Shown here one piece after another: positions 37,956-47,608 of a stretch of 64,000 nucleotides of DNA. The notes under the pieces are model-generated. The model did not search any database. It had not been told where the DNA came from and saw only the letters and a list, made by a program, of their open reading frames with translations. A program made the translations under genes and the position numbers. Position 1 is the first letter of the stretch. Each line of letters begins with the position of its first letter. The DNA comes from a bacterium (GTDB lineage: Bacteria; Patescibacteriota; Minisyncoccia; Phycocordibacterales; Zambryskibacteraceae), in the NCBI GenBank assembly GCA_030649135.1, contig JAUSGI010000008.1, positions 152,896 to 216,895 of the forward strand, in the 5' to 3' direction.

Positions 37956-39066
37956 ATTCGATAGAGCTCTTGTCACCGCCGCTTACTTCGGTTTCCGCCC
38001 CATCATCGCTCCGAAAATTACCCGGCATGATATTGAATTGACTAGAATTTGCGGAGAGTATCCGCATTATGACGCCATAGAGAAAGCCGCTGTGATACGA
38101 ACGTATCTGGAACAGGACTTCGCTTCCTTACCGCATCCTATTGCTTTGGTTTACGAAAAACCGGCTGCAAAAAAAAGACTGGGCGGCTACGCCCTCCACT
38201 TCATCGGCTCGTCTTCGGGTATAGCGGAGGCAACCTTGATCCAAACCGCGCTGGCTATGCTCTCGGAAGAAGGACATAAAAATTTGAAGGTAGACATCAA
38301 CTGTATCGGCGACCGAGATTCCATAAATACTTACGAGCGGGAACTCGTAAGCTACGTACGTAAGTTCGGCGCCCATTTGTCGGACGAATTAAAACAGAGT
38401 ATGAAATCAGACATCTTCAACCTCTTTAGACTGGAGGCGCCGGAAGCTCTCCTTCTACGTGAAACGGCGCCGTCTTCCATAACCTTCCTGTCTGCGCAAA
38501 GTCGAATCTATTTCAAAGAAGTACTGGAATATATTGAAGCTTTGGGCATAGAGTTCCGTCTGACACCAGAACTCGTGGGCGAACGAAATCACGCTTCTCA
38601 CACTATTTTTGCCATTAAAAACACGGTGGGCGAACATAAAGATATTTTAGCCGTGGGCTATCGTTACTCTCGCATGGCACGTCTCTTCGGGCTAAGGAAA
38701 GAAATTCCCATGGCCGGAGTAAATATTTTTGCCGCATCTTCCGGCAGTACTGGCAAGCGAGTTTACAAAGAATTACCAAAACCGAAATTCTGTTTGGTCC
38801 AATTGGGTCGTGAGGCCAAGATTAAAACTCTCTCGCTCATAGAACTCTTGCGTTTACACCGTATACCACTACATCACCTGCTCGGTAAAGATAAAATAGC
38901 TACCCAACTCTTGAGTGCCGAAAATTTGCGGGTGCCCTACCTCATCATCATTGGACAGAAAGAGGCACTCGACAATACCGCCACCATCAGAAATGTAGCC
39001 ACACGCGCCCAAGATACGGTAAGTATCGCCAACCTGCCACACTTCCTCAAAAATATTACACTCTAG
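37948..39066 (+). CDS. Histidyl-tRNA synthetase-like paralog (class II core-like + HGTP anticodon-binding domain), N-terminally short
   Basis: HFIGSSSGIAEATLIQTALAMLSEEG...LKVDINCIG resembles the HisRS/HisZ dimer-interface region. C-terminal anticodon-binding fold. Motif 1/2 residues are not evident. ATGA overlap with lepB. Confidence 0.55.
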   Translation: MIEFDRALVTAAYFGFRPIIAPKITRHDIELTRICGEYPHYDAIEKAAVIRTYLEQDFASLPHPIALVYEKPAAKKRLGGYALHFIGSSSGIAEATLIQTALAMLSEEGHKNLKVDINCIGDRDSINTYERELVSYVRKFGAHLSDELKQSMKSDIFNLFRLEAPEALLLRETAPSSITFLSAQSRIYFKEVLEYIEALGIEFRLTPELVGERNHASHTIFAIKNTVGEHKDILAVGYRYSRMARLFGLRKEIPMAGVNIFAASSGSTGKRVYKELPKPKFCLVQLGREAKIKTLSLIELLRLHRIPLHHLLGKDKIATQLLSAENLRVPYLIIIGQKEALDNTATIRNVATRAQDTVSIANLPHFLKNITL

Positions 39067-39598
39067 CTTTGAGATACTCGAGCATGGTCTTCTGGTCGGA
39101 AACTTCGAATGGATCGTTGGGACAATTATCCTGCAAACCGGGTTCGATAAAAATCTTTTTTATTTCACCGTCTTCGACATACATACTGTAACGCCAGGAA
39201 CGCAGACCGAATCCCAGGTCATGCTTTTCAACGAGCATACCCATGCCTTTGCTAAAGTCCGCCGAACCATCGGGCAATAATTTCACTTTCTTGATTTTCT
39301 GGTCTTCCTGCCAGGCATTCATAACGAAGGCGTCATTCACACTCAAGCAGATAACTTCGTCGACACCAAGCTTTTTAAATTCATCATAATGAGCTTCGTA
39401 ACCAGGCAAGTGCTGGGAGGAGCAGGTCGGAGTGAAGGCTCCCGGCAGAGCGAACAGAACAATTTTTTTGCCTTTAAATATCTCATCCGAAGTCACATCC
39501 ACCCAGGCAAAAGGATTGTCTCCGCAGACCTTTTTATCGTGAGTATGAGTTTTGAAAGTAACTTTGGGTATCCGTTTAGGTGTGTCCATGTTTGGCAT
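39056..39598 (-). CDS. Peroxiredoxin, Prx5-like (AhpC/TSA family)
   Basis: LPGAFTPTCS peroxidatic Cys motif. Confidence 0.8.
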   Translation of the reverse strand: MPNMDTPKRIPKVTFKTHTHDKKVCGDNPFAWVDVTSDEIFKGKKIVLFALPGAFTPTCSSQHLPGYEAHYDEFKKLGVDEVICLSVNDAFVMNAWQEDQKIKKVKLLPDGSADFSKGMGMLVEKHDLGFGLRSWRYSMYVEDGEIKKIFIEPGLQDNCPNDPFEVSDQKTMLEYLKARV

Positions 39599-39640
39599 TA
39601 TAAACTAAGATATGTTACAGTAGCAAACGCAATGCAGGCA

Positions 39641-39889
39641 ATGGTTAACATCGAGGTGGTCAAGGGAACCAACGAAAATAATTTAAGCGTCCTCCGACGC
39701 TTCACTAAACGCGTCCAGTCTTCGGGTGTTCTGCCACGCGTCCGTTCCAAGCGCTACTCTCAACGCCTGCCATCCAGAAATACCAGGCGCGCCAAGACTA
39801 TTGGCTATCTTAAGAAAAAAGAGATAACCGCCGAACTTATCAAGCTTGGTAAAATAAATGAAGTCAGTAAATTCTCGCGCCGACGCTAG
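39641..39889 (+). CDS. rpsU: 30S ribosomal protein S21
   Basis: VLRRFTKRVQSSGVLPRVRSKRYSQRLPSRNTRRAK matches the S21 pattern (ALRRFKR..EK.GVL). The upstream part of the long ORF is antisense to the peroxiredoxin gene and was rejected. Confidence 0.55.
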   Translation: MVNIEVVKGTNENNLSVLRRFTKRVQSSGVLPRVRSKRYSQRLPSRNTRRAKTIGYLKKKEITAELIKLGKINEVSKFSRRR

Positions 39890-40202
39890 AAATTTCGAGA
39901 AAATAAAAAATAAAGTTCTGGGAAGTGACTACGAACTCTCGCTCGTCTTCGCTTCCGATACACTGACACGGCGTCTTAACCGCACTTATCGCGGCATTGA
40001 TAAGCCGGCAAACGTACTGGCCTTTCCGCTCTCGAAGACAAGCGGAGAAATTTTTATAAATCGTTCACGCGCGAAACCTTTTAGCGTCAAATATCTCTTT
40101 ATACACGGTCTTTTACATTTGAAAGGAATGTCACACGGGGATACAATGGAGCAAGCAGAAAAAAAATTATTACATGGCGCGTCAAATCATAGCGGGCATT
40201 GA
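39858..40202 (+). CDS. ybeY: Endoribonuclease YbeY (rRNA maturation)
   Basis: NVLAFPL...HGLLHLKGMSHGD (H3xH5xH metal motif). Confidence 0.7.
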   Translation: MKSVNSRADARNFEKIKNKVLGSDYELSLVFASDTLTRRLNRTYRGIDKPANVLAFPLSKTSGEIFINRSRAKPFSVKYLFIHGLLHLKGMSHGDTMEQAEKKLLHGASNHSGH

Positions 40203-41376
40203 TATCGGTACTTCTTCAATCAAGGTAGTTATTGCCGAGGGCGTGGTTGAACACGGGCACACGGTGCCCAAAATTATTGGTACCGGTTCGAACGAATCAC
40301 GGGGCGTGTATCGCGGTTACATTACCAATAAAACCGAAGCAGGAAAGTGCGTGGAAGCGGCCGTCCGACGGGCAGAAAAAATTGCGGGCGTCAAGGTTAG
40401 GCGCGCTTATGTCTCTTTTGGCGGTATTGGCCTCGGCAGTATAGTAGCAAACGGCTCGGTAATCATATCCCGCGCCGACCTGGAGATTACCGAGCGAGAC
40501 ATTGCTTTGGCGCTTGAGGCCGCAGAAGCGGCTATCCCGCCCGCCGCTTCCATCAATAAAAAAATCATCAATACCATCCCCATTGAATATAAAATAGACG
40601 GTAAGGCAGTATGGGGCCAGGCCCTGGGTCTCAAGGCGCAAAAGCTTGAGGTTAAGGCACTTTTCATCACCTGTCTCGAACATCATCTAACCGACCTCAT
40701 CAGCACGGTAGAAATGGCAGGCATAGAGGTCGCGGATGTGGTAGCGGCACCGGTGGCTTTAAGCCTGGTCACTCTATCCAAAAAACAAAAGAGGGTGGGA
40801 TGTCTCCTCGCCGATCTCGGTGCGGAAACGTTCTCCGTGGTGGTCTTCGAGAACAACAATCTGCTGTCGCTCGAAGTCTTTCCTATCGGCGGCAACGACA
40901 TTACCAACGATATCGCCCTAGGACTAAAGGTTGCGCTTGAAGATGCCGAGAACGTGAAGCTTGGTTTCGAAAGAAGGATAACCTATCCGAGAAAGAAACT
41001 GGAAGAAATCGTATCGGCGCGACTGGACGATTGTTTCGAACTCATCGAAACGCATCTTAAATCGATTGGTAGGAATGCCTTACTGCCGGCGGGTATCATC
41101 ATAGCGGGCGGCGGTGCCGCCATCGCGAACATAAAAAGTATCGCGGAGAATTCTCTCAAACTCCCCTCTCAAACAGCGGAAGTTTATTTCGGCAACACCG
41201 CCGAAGGTAAGATCAAGGACCGTACTTGGGCAGTGGCTTGCGGACTTGCGATAGTCGGATTTAATACTGATGACGTGGATCGTTCCATAGGTATTAGGAA
41301 CGGCACTCTCATTAGAGAAGGGGGCAAACGTTGGGGCCGAGTTATTTCGCGCTGGATTTCTCAATTTTTACCATAA
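40174..41376 (+). CDS. ftsA: Cell division protein FtsA
   Basis: IAGIDIGTSSIKVVIAEG actin-fold N-terminus. Sits upstream of ftsZ. Confidence 0.85.
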   Translation: MARQIIAGIDIGTSSIKVVIAEGVVEHGHTVPKIIGTGSNESRGVYRGYITNKTEAGKCVEAAVRRAEKIAGVKVRRAYVSFGGIGLGSIVANGSVIISRADLEITERDIALALEAAEAAIPPAASINKKIINTIPIEYKIDGKAVWGQALGLKAQKLEVKALFITCLEHHLTDLISTVEMAGIEVADVVAAPVALSLVTLSKKQKRVGCLLADLGAETFSVVVFENNNLLSLEVFPIGGNDITNDIALGLKVALEDAENVKLGFERRITYPRKKLEEIVSARLDDCFELIETHLKSIGRNALLPAGIIIAGGGAAIANIKSIAENSLKLPSQTAEVYFGNTAEGKIKDRTWAVACGLAIVGFNTDDVDRSIGIRNGTLIREGGKRWGRVISRWISQFLP

Positions 41377-41465
41377 AATAAGAAGATAGCATCTACATTA
41401 AGTCAACTGCTTTTCTTTTCTGCCGCCTCTGATAAGATAGGCGCATCTAAATTTAATTTAAGAGC

Positions 41466-42665
41466 ATGCCACAAATCAAACCAGAGGTAGAATCTTTCGC
41501 CAGAATCAAGGTCATCGGTGTAGGTGGTTCCGGTAAAAATACCGTCAACCACATGATTAACTCCAAAGTGAGGGGGGTTGATTTCATCGCCGTCAACACC
41601 GATGCCCAAGACTTGCATCATTCGCTCGCCAAGAAGAAAATTCATATTGGCAAGAATCTGACGCGTGGACTCGGGACTGGTATGAACCCAGAATTGGGCA
41701 AGCGTGCTGTCGAAGAAACTAAGGAAGAAGTGCAAGAAGCCATCAAGGGCGCGGACATGATATTTATCGCAGCAGGTATGGGTGGAGGGACTGCTTCCGG
41801 CGCCGCACCGGTTATCGCTCGCACCGCCAAAGAAAATGGATGTTTAACTGTCGCTGTTGTGACTAAACCCTTCTTCTTCGAAGGACAACAGCGTATGAAA
41901 ATCGCCGAAGCGGCTATCGAGGAACTCAAACAAGCTGTTGACGCCCTTATTATTATTCCCAATGATCGCCTACTTCAGACTGTAGACAAAGATATCACCG
42001 CCAAGAACGCTTTCGCTATTTGCGACAACATTTTAAGAGAAGCGGTGGAAGGTATCTCGGACCTCATTACCACCCCGGGCATCATCAATATCGACTTCGC
42101 GGATATCCGTTCGGTGATGGAGAATGCCGGAGCCGCGCTCATGGGTATCGGCTCTGCTTCGGGAGAAAACCGCGCCGTGGAAGCGGCCAAGGCCGCCATC
42201 TCTTCCCCTCTCCTTGAAATATCCATCAATGGCGCCAAGGGTGTGCTCTTCTCAATCTCCGGCGGAGACGATGTTACAATGTTTGAAATTCAGGATGCGG
42301 CTAAGGTTATCACCGAGTCGGTTGACCCCAATGCCAAAATTATCTTCGGCACAGTTCGGGATGACAAACTCAAGAAAGGAGAGATTAAGATTACGGTCAT
42401 TGCTTCCAATTTCTCTGACAATTATTCGAGTTCGAGGAAGGCGGCGTCGCTCTTCCAAACTTTTGGCAGCAGCAGCAATAGTAACGAGGAACAGAGCGTC
42501 AAGGGTAAGATTTTTAACGCCGTTCCCCAACCGCACAAAGAAGTTCCCAAACCGGTAGTGGAGGAGAAAAAAACCGAACACAAGCAGGTTCCCCCTCTCA
42601 TAGAAGACAACGACGATGACTGGAGCGCAGTACCGGCATTTCTCAGACGTTCGAAACTTAAATAG
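41466..42665 (+). CDS. ftsZ: Cell division GTPase FtsZ
   Basis: KVIGVGGSGKNTVNHM and GGGTASGAAPVIA tubulin signature. Confidence 0.95.
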   Translation: MPQIKPEVESFARIKVIGVGGSGKNTVNHMINSKVRGVDFIAVNTDAQDLHHSLAKKKIHIGKNLTRGLGTGMNPELGKRAVEETKEEVQEAIKGADMIFIAAGMGGGTASGAAPVIARTAKENGCLTVAVVTKPFFFEGQQRMKIAEAAIEELKQAVDALIIIPNDRLLQTVDKDITAKNAFAICDNILREAVEGISDLITTPGIINIDFADIRSVMENAGAALMGIGSASGENRAVEAAKAAISSPLLEISINGAKGVLFSISGGDDVTMFEIQDAAKVITESVDPNAKIIFGTVRDDKLKKGEIKITVIASNFSDNYSSSRKAASLFQTFGSSSNSNEEQSVKGKIFNAVPQPHKEVPKPVVEEKKTEHKQVPPLIEDNDDDWSAVPAFLRRSKLK

Positions 42666-42706
42666 CTACCAGGTGTTATGGTTTTATAAATATCACTTTC
42701 CCGTAT

Positions 42707-43603
42707 ATGATAAAGGGAATGATATGGAAGGTAATTAAAATATGGTCGTTCATTACCCTTGGCACGTTTGTTGTAGCTGGTATTTGGGGCTATATCATTT
42801 GGCCATTTTTGTTTTCTGATACTATCGTAAAAAATTTAGATACTTTACCAAACGAAGTCGTAGTTCGACCCGCTCAATACGGATTGCCGGAAATCGGTAT
42901 CAAAAGTTTTTCCCTATCACCTGATAATCAGTGGCTATTTGTTATAGGTTTTACTGAGACAGGTGAATACAAATATATTTTGCAGAATTTTCAATCGGGA
43001 AAGATAACATTGATACCAAATAATCAAAAAATGGAGCAGACAGCTCTCTTGAGTCGTCCTGGGTGCTGGGATCAAAGCAGTTCAAAAATATTTATTCAGA
43101 GTCAATTTATAAACACTGCTTTTTCTCTTGACATAGGGTCGCCAACTTTGTGGCAGGAACAAGAGGGCGTCCGTGATATGTTCGGCACACTCAATCAGTG
43201 TCAGACAAGAAACATAGCGTTTGAGATTTCAAATCTTGTACATATAAAAGAGACTAATTCTGGTAAATCAGTGGAAATAACTTCTGCAAAAGAATCGCAG
43301 AAAATTTTAGCGACACACACACTAAATGGTGTCGTGGAAGAAGGCGTAACTATCGGCGACACAGTCATTTCCCCAGATGGAAAGAATTTGGCATATATTT
43401 TTAGTTACAGCAGAGCTGGTTTTGCACCACCTCCAGAGGGATATATCATAAATCTCCGGGGAGAACCTGAACTCAAGTTCTTAGGTTATTCGGTTTATGG
43501 GCCTTTTCAATGGAGTGCGGATAGTAAATATATCTACGCACTAGCTGACAATTCAGAGATTTCAGGAAGGAGATATAGTATAATCCGTTGGAAAGTTAAA
43601 TAA
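42707..43603 (+). CDS. Membrane-anchored PD40/TolB-like beta-propeller repeat protein
   Basis: N-terminal TM. SPDGKNLAY-type repeats. Confidence 0.4.
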   Translation: MIKGMIWKVIKIWSFITLGTFVVAGIWGYIIWPFLFSDTIVKNLDTLPNEVVVRPAQYGLPEIGIKSFSLSPDNQWLFVIGFTETGEYKYILQNFQSGKITLIPNNQKMEQTALLSRPGCWDQSSSKIFIQSQFINTAFSLDIGSPTLWQEQEGVRDMFGTLNQCQTRNIAFEISNLVHIKETNSGKSVEITSAKESQKILATHTLNGVVEEGVTIGDTVISPDGKNLAYIFSYSRAGFAPPPEGYIINLRGEPELKFLGYSVYGPFQWSADSKYIYALADNSEISGRRYSIIRWKVK

Positions 43604-43605
43604 TT

Positions 43606-44532
43606 ATGGCAAACCTTATGTACGATCTAACCATTATCGGCGGGGGTCCCGCTGGCGTTGCCGCCGGTGTTTACGCCGCGCGTAAACGACTTAAAGCTAT
43701 CTTTATCACCGAATCTTTCGGCGGGCAGAGTACCGAATCGTCCGGTATAGAGAATTGGATTGGTACTAAAAATATTTCCGGTTCTGATTTCGGTAAGTCT
43801 CTTGAGGCGCACTTGCGCTTGTACGCCGGCGACTCGGTAGAAATAAAAGCGGGAGAAAGGGTGACCAATATTTCTAAATCAGATGGTGGTTTTAAAATCG
43901 AGACAGCAAGTAATTCTTATACAGCAAAGACAGTACTTATCACTACAGGCAGTACCAGAAGGAAACTTGAGGTTCCCGGAGCTAAAGAGTTTGAGAACAA
44001 AGGCATCACTTACTGTGCCTCTTGCGACGGCCCCCTTTTTGCTGGTCAAGATGTAGCGGTCATCGGCGGAGGTAACGCCGCATTTGAAACAGCTGCCCAA
44101 CTCCTGGCTTATGCTAAGTCGGTGACGCTTATTAATCGAAGTGATGTATTCAGGGCGGATGAAGTGACGGTACAAAAAGTGCTATCTCATCCGAATATGA
44201 AAGCCGTCAAAGGCGCAATACTCAAAGAAATCAAGGGCGGACAGTTTGTGGAGTCCTTGATTTATGAAGAAGGAGGTGTAGAGAAAACTCTGGCCGTTAC
44301 AGGTATCTTTGCCGAAATCGGCCTGGTGCCCACGACCGAGTTTGCCAAAAAATTAATCACTTTAAATAAATACGGACAAATCCCAGTAGACCCGAAAACG
44401 CAAAAGACGGAAATCGATGGGGTTTGGGCAGCGGGAGACTCGACCGATGGCCTCTATCATCAGAATAATATCGCCGCTGGCGACGCAGTCAAGGCACTGG
44501 AGGATATTTACCTGCATTTACACGCGAAGTAG
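43606..44532 (+). CDS. trxB: Thioredoxin-disulfide reductase
   Basis: DLTIIGGGPAGVAAGVYAAR FAD motif, redox CASCDG, NADPH motif VAVIGGGNAA. Confidence 0.85.
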   Translation: MANLMYDLTIIGGGPAGVAAGVYAARKRLKAIFITESFGGQSTESSGIENWIGTKNISGSDFGKSLEAHLRLYAGDSVEIKAGERVTNISKSDGGFKIETASNSYTAKTVLITTGSTRRKLEVPGAKEFENKGITYCASCDGPLFAGQDVAVIGGGNAAFETAAQLLAYAKSVTLINRSDVFRADEVTVQKVLSHPNMKAVKGAILKEIKGGQFVESLIYEEGGVEKTLAVTGIFAEIGLVPTTEFAKKLITLNKYGQIPVDPKTQKTEIDGVWAAGDSTDGLYHQNNIAAGDAVKALEDIYLHLHAK

Positions 44533-44666
44533 TCAGTCATTGACAATAGTAGCTAAATATGATAGTATGAGAGGGTCGAAATTGGGGGCCATAATAGCCC
44601 TAATATGCGAACAAATATATAACCCAATTACTTACTACTATTATCTACGCAATACTCGGTTCAGTC

Positions 44667-44936
44667 ATGCTGGTTAACGGCGTGCTTGTTAACACTGACG
44701 ATATCATCAATCAGGCGAAAGCATCTGTGAATGGAGCCAACATGCACCAGCTCGCTACAGTCATTGAACTTTACTATAGTGACCACGACTCTTATCCGAA
44801 TGTTACCAATGGTAAATCTTTGATCGATACTCTGGAATCGGAAGGATATATTCAGAGCCGACCACTTGACCCAAGTGTCTTCAAGTATGAACCGAAAAAG
44901 AACGGCCAGGATTATTCTCTAAAATTAGTTGAATAA
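44667..44936 (+). CDS. Type IV pilin/pseudopilin-like protein, N-terminally disrupted (possible pseudogene)
   Basis: LATVIELYYSDHDSYP...Y.Y.......YSL resembles the globular domain of ComGC/GspG-type pilins. The hydrophobic pilin-like N-terminus (ITQLLTTIIYAILGSV) is encoded in the same frame upstream but is cut by a stop at 44601. The candidate leader MRGSKLG is in another frame. Confidence 0.4.
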   Translation: MLVNGVLVNTDDIINQAKASVNGANMHQLATVIELYYSDHDSYPNVTNGKSLIDTLESEGYIQSRPLDPSVFKYEPKKNGQDYSLKLVE

Positions 44937-44944
44937 CTAACCAC

Positions 44945-44985
44945 AAAACTCACCCCGATTAATCGGGGTGAGTTTTGTTCGTTTT
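44945..44985 (+). terminator. Rho-independent (bidirectional) terminator
   Basis: 14-bp stem aaaactcaccccga/tcggggtgagtttt with loop ttaa, then gttcgtttt. Confidence 0.6.
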
Positions 44986-45235
44986 GAATAGAAAAACCCT
45001 CGCATCCGGAAGCCGGAGGAGGATATGGGTGGGTGCGCCTAGATCTCGGCGCAAAGAACTTGTGTTTTCAATCATCATTGCTGATGACCGAGAAACGCAT
45101 CGCAGGAGAAGTGAAGTCTGTCTTGGGAAAGCGGCGCCGCCATCCCTAAACATAACCTCACTTCTCCCACATCTGCCCATAGATTACTCCCATGACGGTA
45201 TAGTGTCAATCCCATACCTGTGGATAACTACGACC

Positions 45236-45706
45236 TTATTGGGAAGGCGGTCTGACTTTGCCCCTCGGCCGGCAACGCCTGAGAGCTTTCGCAAATGCAC
45301 TTGCCACAAGCCCGATGACAATGGCTAGCGGTGGCACGAGAAGGCTCGCATAGCGATACTCGAAGATGAAACTCCCGACCGTGACCAACCCCACCCACTT
45401 GAAAACGATGGAAATTCCGTTCACGAAGATAGGTAGGGTACAGTAAACGAGAAACATCCAGAACGCTCCGCCCACAATCCATCTCAGCTTGTAAGCTAAG
45501 TGGTAGAGGGCGTACAGGATAGCTGAAGCGATTAGCAGACCCACCGAAGTGAGCCACAGATGTCTTGTGCCCCCTCCCGCCAGATACGTGTAAGGGAACA
45601 CCACGACGAGACCCACTAGTATCCAGAACAGCCCTATGAGCCACTCCGTGATGGAGTCCGCCGGTGGCCTGGACAAATACCCATTGCTATTCCGTCCTGA
45701 TTTCAT
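45236..45706 (-). CDS. Hypothetical polytopic membrane protein (GC-rich segment)
   Basis: Four predicted TM helices. No family recognised. Confidence 0.4.
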   Translation of the reverse strand: MKSGRNSNGYLSRPPADSITEWLIGLFWILVGLVVVFPYTYLAGGGTRHLWLTSVGLLIASAILYALYHLAYKLRWIVGGAFWMFLVYCTLPIFVNGISIVFKWVGLVTVGSFIFEYRYASLLVPPLAIVIGLVASAFAKALRRCRPRGKVRPPSQ

Positions 45707-45805
45707 CTCGTCCCCTGCCCTTTCTAGTTGGGATGCACTGTTTAGAAGTCGCTATGATTCAATTGTTCTACTACGAATGTAACATCAAACCAATGAGTAA
45801 GTCAA

Positions 45806-45879
45806 GTGCGCGCTGAGGGATTTGAACCCCCGGCCTTGTCTACGTCAAAGACACGCTCTAACCAACTGAGCTAAGCGCG
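45806..45879 (-). tRNA. tRNA-Val (anticodon GAC)
   Basis: Cloverleaf with acceptor GCGCGCT/AGCGCGC, anticodon loop TTGACGT, T-loop TTCAAAT. No encoded CCA. Confidence 0.8.
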
Positions 45880-45896
45880 CAAGCAGAAATATAATC

Positions 45897-46154
45897 TTAT
45901 TCCGCTGGAGAAACTATCGAACCTTCTTTCGCTTTTTGCGGGAACTTAATCGCCGCTTCGTCCCCCTTCTTGGCTGACTCTACACTTTCATGTTCAATTT
46001 GCATTGACTCTACAGCGCAGTCGAATTCTTCGTCCCCGTGGCTGACCTTGATACGGTCACCAACCTTCAAAGACCCCGCCATTTTGACCACTCCCACACC
46101 GATTTTATCGTACCAATGCGTAACCTTGCCGAGTTCTTTTTTAACTTTTGGCAT
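45897..46154 (-). CDS. Hypothetical small beta-barrel protein (EF-Tu domain-2-like?)
   Basis: 85 aa. GVGVVKMAGSLKVGDRIKV pattern. Weak. Confidence 0.35.
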   Translation of the reverse strand: MPKVKKELGKVTHWYDKIGVGVVKMAGSLKVGDRIKVSHGDEEFDCAVESMQIEHESVESAKKGDEAAIKFPQKAKEGSIVSPAE

Positions 46155-46266
46155 ATGTGTTTAAATTTAAATTGATAAAAGGTTTGGGCCAGAAAAAGCT
46201 TTTTAGCTATTTTCAACCATATCTTACTAAAATTAGCCGGATTTGTAAAAACTTGGAAGTTTCGAT

Positions 46267-46341
46267 TGGTGACCCTACCGGGAGTCGAACCCGGCTTCCA
46301 AGCTTGAAAAGCTTGTGTCCTAACCGATAGACGATAGGGCC
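46267..46341 (-). tRNA. tRNA-Glu (anticodon TTC), CCA encoded
   Basis: Acceptor GGCCCTA/TAGGGTC, anticodon stem CAAGC/GCTTG with loop TTTTCAA, T-loop TTCGACT, 3' ACCA. Confidence 0.8.
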
Positions 46342-46399
46342 TCTTACAGAACTGAAGTTATCTTAGCATTTTTGGCTTTAAATGGTATAGTTTTGCTCT

Positions 46400-46486
46400 G
46401 GAAGAGTGGCTGAGAGGTTTAAGGCACCGGTTTCGAAAACCGGCAGGCCCGCAAGGGCCTCGTGAGTTCAAATCTCACCTCTTCCG
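46400..46486 (+). tRNA. tRNA-Ser (anticodon CGA), long variable arm
   Basis: Acceptor GGAAGAG/CTCTTCC, anticodon loop TTCGAAA (as in E. coli serU CCGGTCTCGAAAACCGG), variable arm CAGGCCCGCAAGGGCCTC, T-loop TTCAAAT. Confidence 0.8.
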
Positions 46487-46501
46487 CCCAATTATTTATA
46501 T

Positions 46502-47587
46502 ATGAAAATCCTTGCCATAGAAACTTCGTGCGACGAGACTGCGGTAGCGCTTCTCGAGATAGACGGGGCGCTGGAAAAACCTAATATAAAAGTGTTGGGT
46601 AATACCCTCTTATCTCAAGTAGCACTCCACGAACAGTACGGCGGGGTCTATCCTAACTTGGCAAAAAGGGAGCACCAGAAAAATTTACCGCCTCTCCTAG
46701 AAGAGACGCTTCGCGAGGCCTGTGAGAATCCGGAAAAGCCTGATATAGATTATATTGCTGTCACAAATGGCCCCGGTCTTGAGCCGGCTCTCTGGGTTGG
46801 CATCACTTTCGCGGAAGCGCTTGGCAAGAAATGGAACAAGCTTGTCGTGCCGGTCAATCATATGGAGGGGCATGTCTTCTCCGTATTATTTGAGTCCGGT
46901 GATGCTCTGGCATTGCCGGCTCTCGCGCTCTTGGTGTCTGGGGGACATACCGAATTGGTGCATGTGAAAGATTTTATGAGTTACGAGATTCTTGGTCAAA
47001 CGCGCGATGATGCTGTCGGTGAAGCATTCGACAAGGTGGCCCGCATGCTCGGACTTCCCTATCCCGGTGGGCCGGAAATATCAAAACTAGCAGAAATTGC
47101 TAGAGGAAAAGTTAATTCAGAGACAACGACATTTCGTTTCCCTCGTCCGATGATGCACTCAAAAAATCTCGACTTTTCTTTCTCTGGTCTTAAGACTGCT
47201 GTGCTCTATAAACTCAAATCAGAAAATGGTTCGACAAGCTCACCACAAGTAGGAGATGAAGGATTCAAGGAAGATATGGCTCGGGCATTTGAAGATGCGG
47301 CGGTCGAGGTATTGGTAGACAAGACTCGCAGAGCATTGGTTGAGTTGGGAGACGGGGCAAAGACCCTCATTGTCGCCGGCGGAGTTTCGGCCAATCTCCA
47401 CCTCTCCCGAGAACTCCGTAAACTTGTAGCCGAATTCCCCGACATCACTCTTAAAATACCACCGAGACTTTTGACTACGGACAACGCCATCATGATTGGC
47501 ATTTCGGCCTTTATCAAAATAAGCAGAAAACCCGAGATTCTTAAAGACAAAATGCCAATCACCGCACAGGGTAATTTGTCTTTTTAG
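46502..47587 (+). CDS. tsaD: tRNA N6-adenosine threonylcarbamoyltransferase TsaD (Kae1/YgjD family)
   Basis: MKILAIETSCDETAVAL; HMEGH metal motif. Confidence 0.9.
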   Translation: MKILAIETSCDETAVALLEIDGALEKPNIKVLGNTLLSQVALHEQYGGVYPNLAKREHQKNLPPLLEETLREACENPEKPDIDYIAVTNGPGLEPALWVGITFAEALGKKWNKLVVPVNHMEGHVFSVLFESGDALALPALALLVSGGHTELVHVKDFMSYEILGQTRDDAVGEAFDKVARMLGLPYPGGPEISKLAEIARGKVNSETTTFRFPRPMMHSKNLDFSFSGLKTAVLYKLKSENGSTSSPQVGDEGFKEDMARAFEDAAVEVLVDKTRRALVELGDGAKTLIVAGGVSANLHLSRELRKLVAEFPDITLKIPPRLLTTDNAIMIGISAFIKISRKPEILKDKMPITAQGNLSF

Positions 47588-47608
47588 CGTGTTATCATTG
47601 AGAAACGC

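Noticed and set aside
39389-39640. 5' part of the 166-aa + strand ORF
   Set aside because: Antisense to the peroxiredoxin gene. Only the 3' part (39641-39889) resembles ribosomal protein S21.
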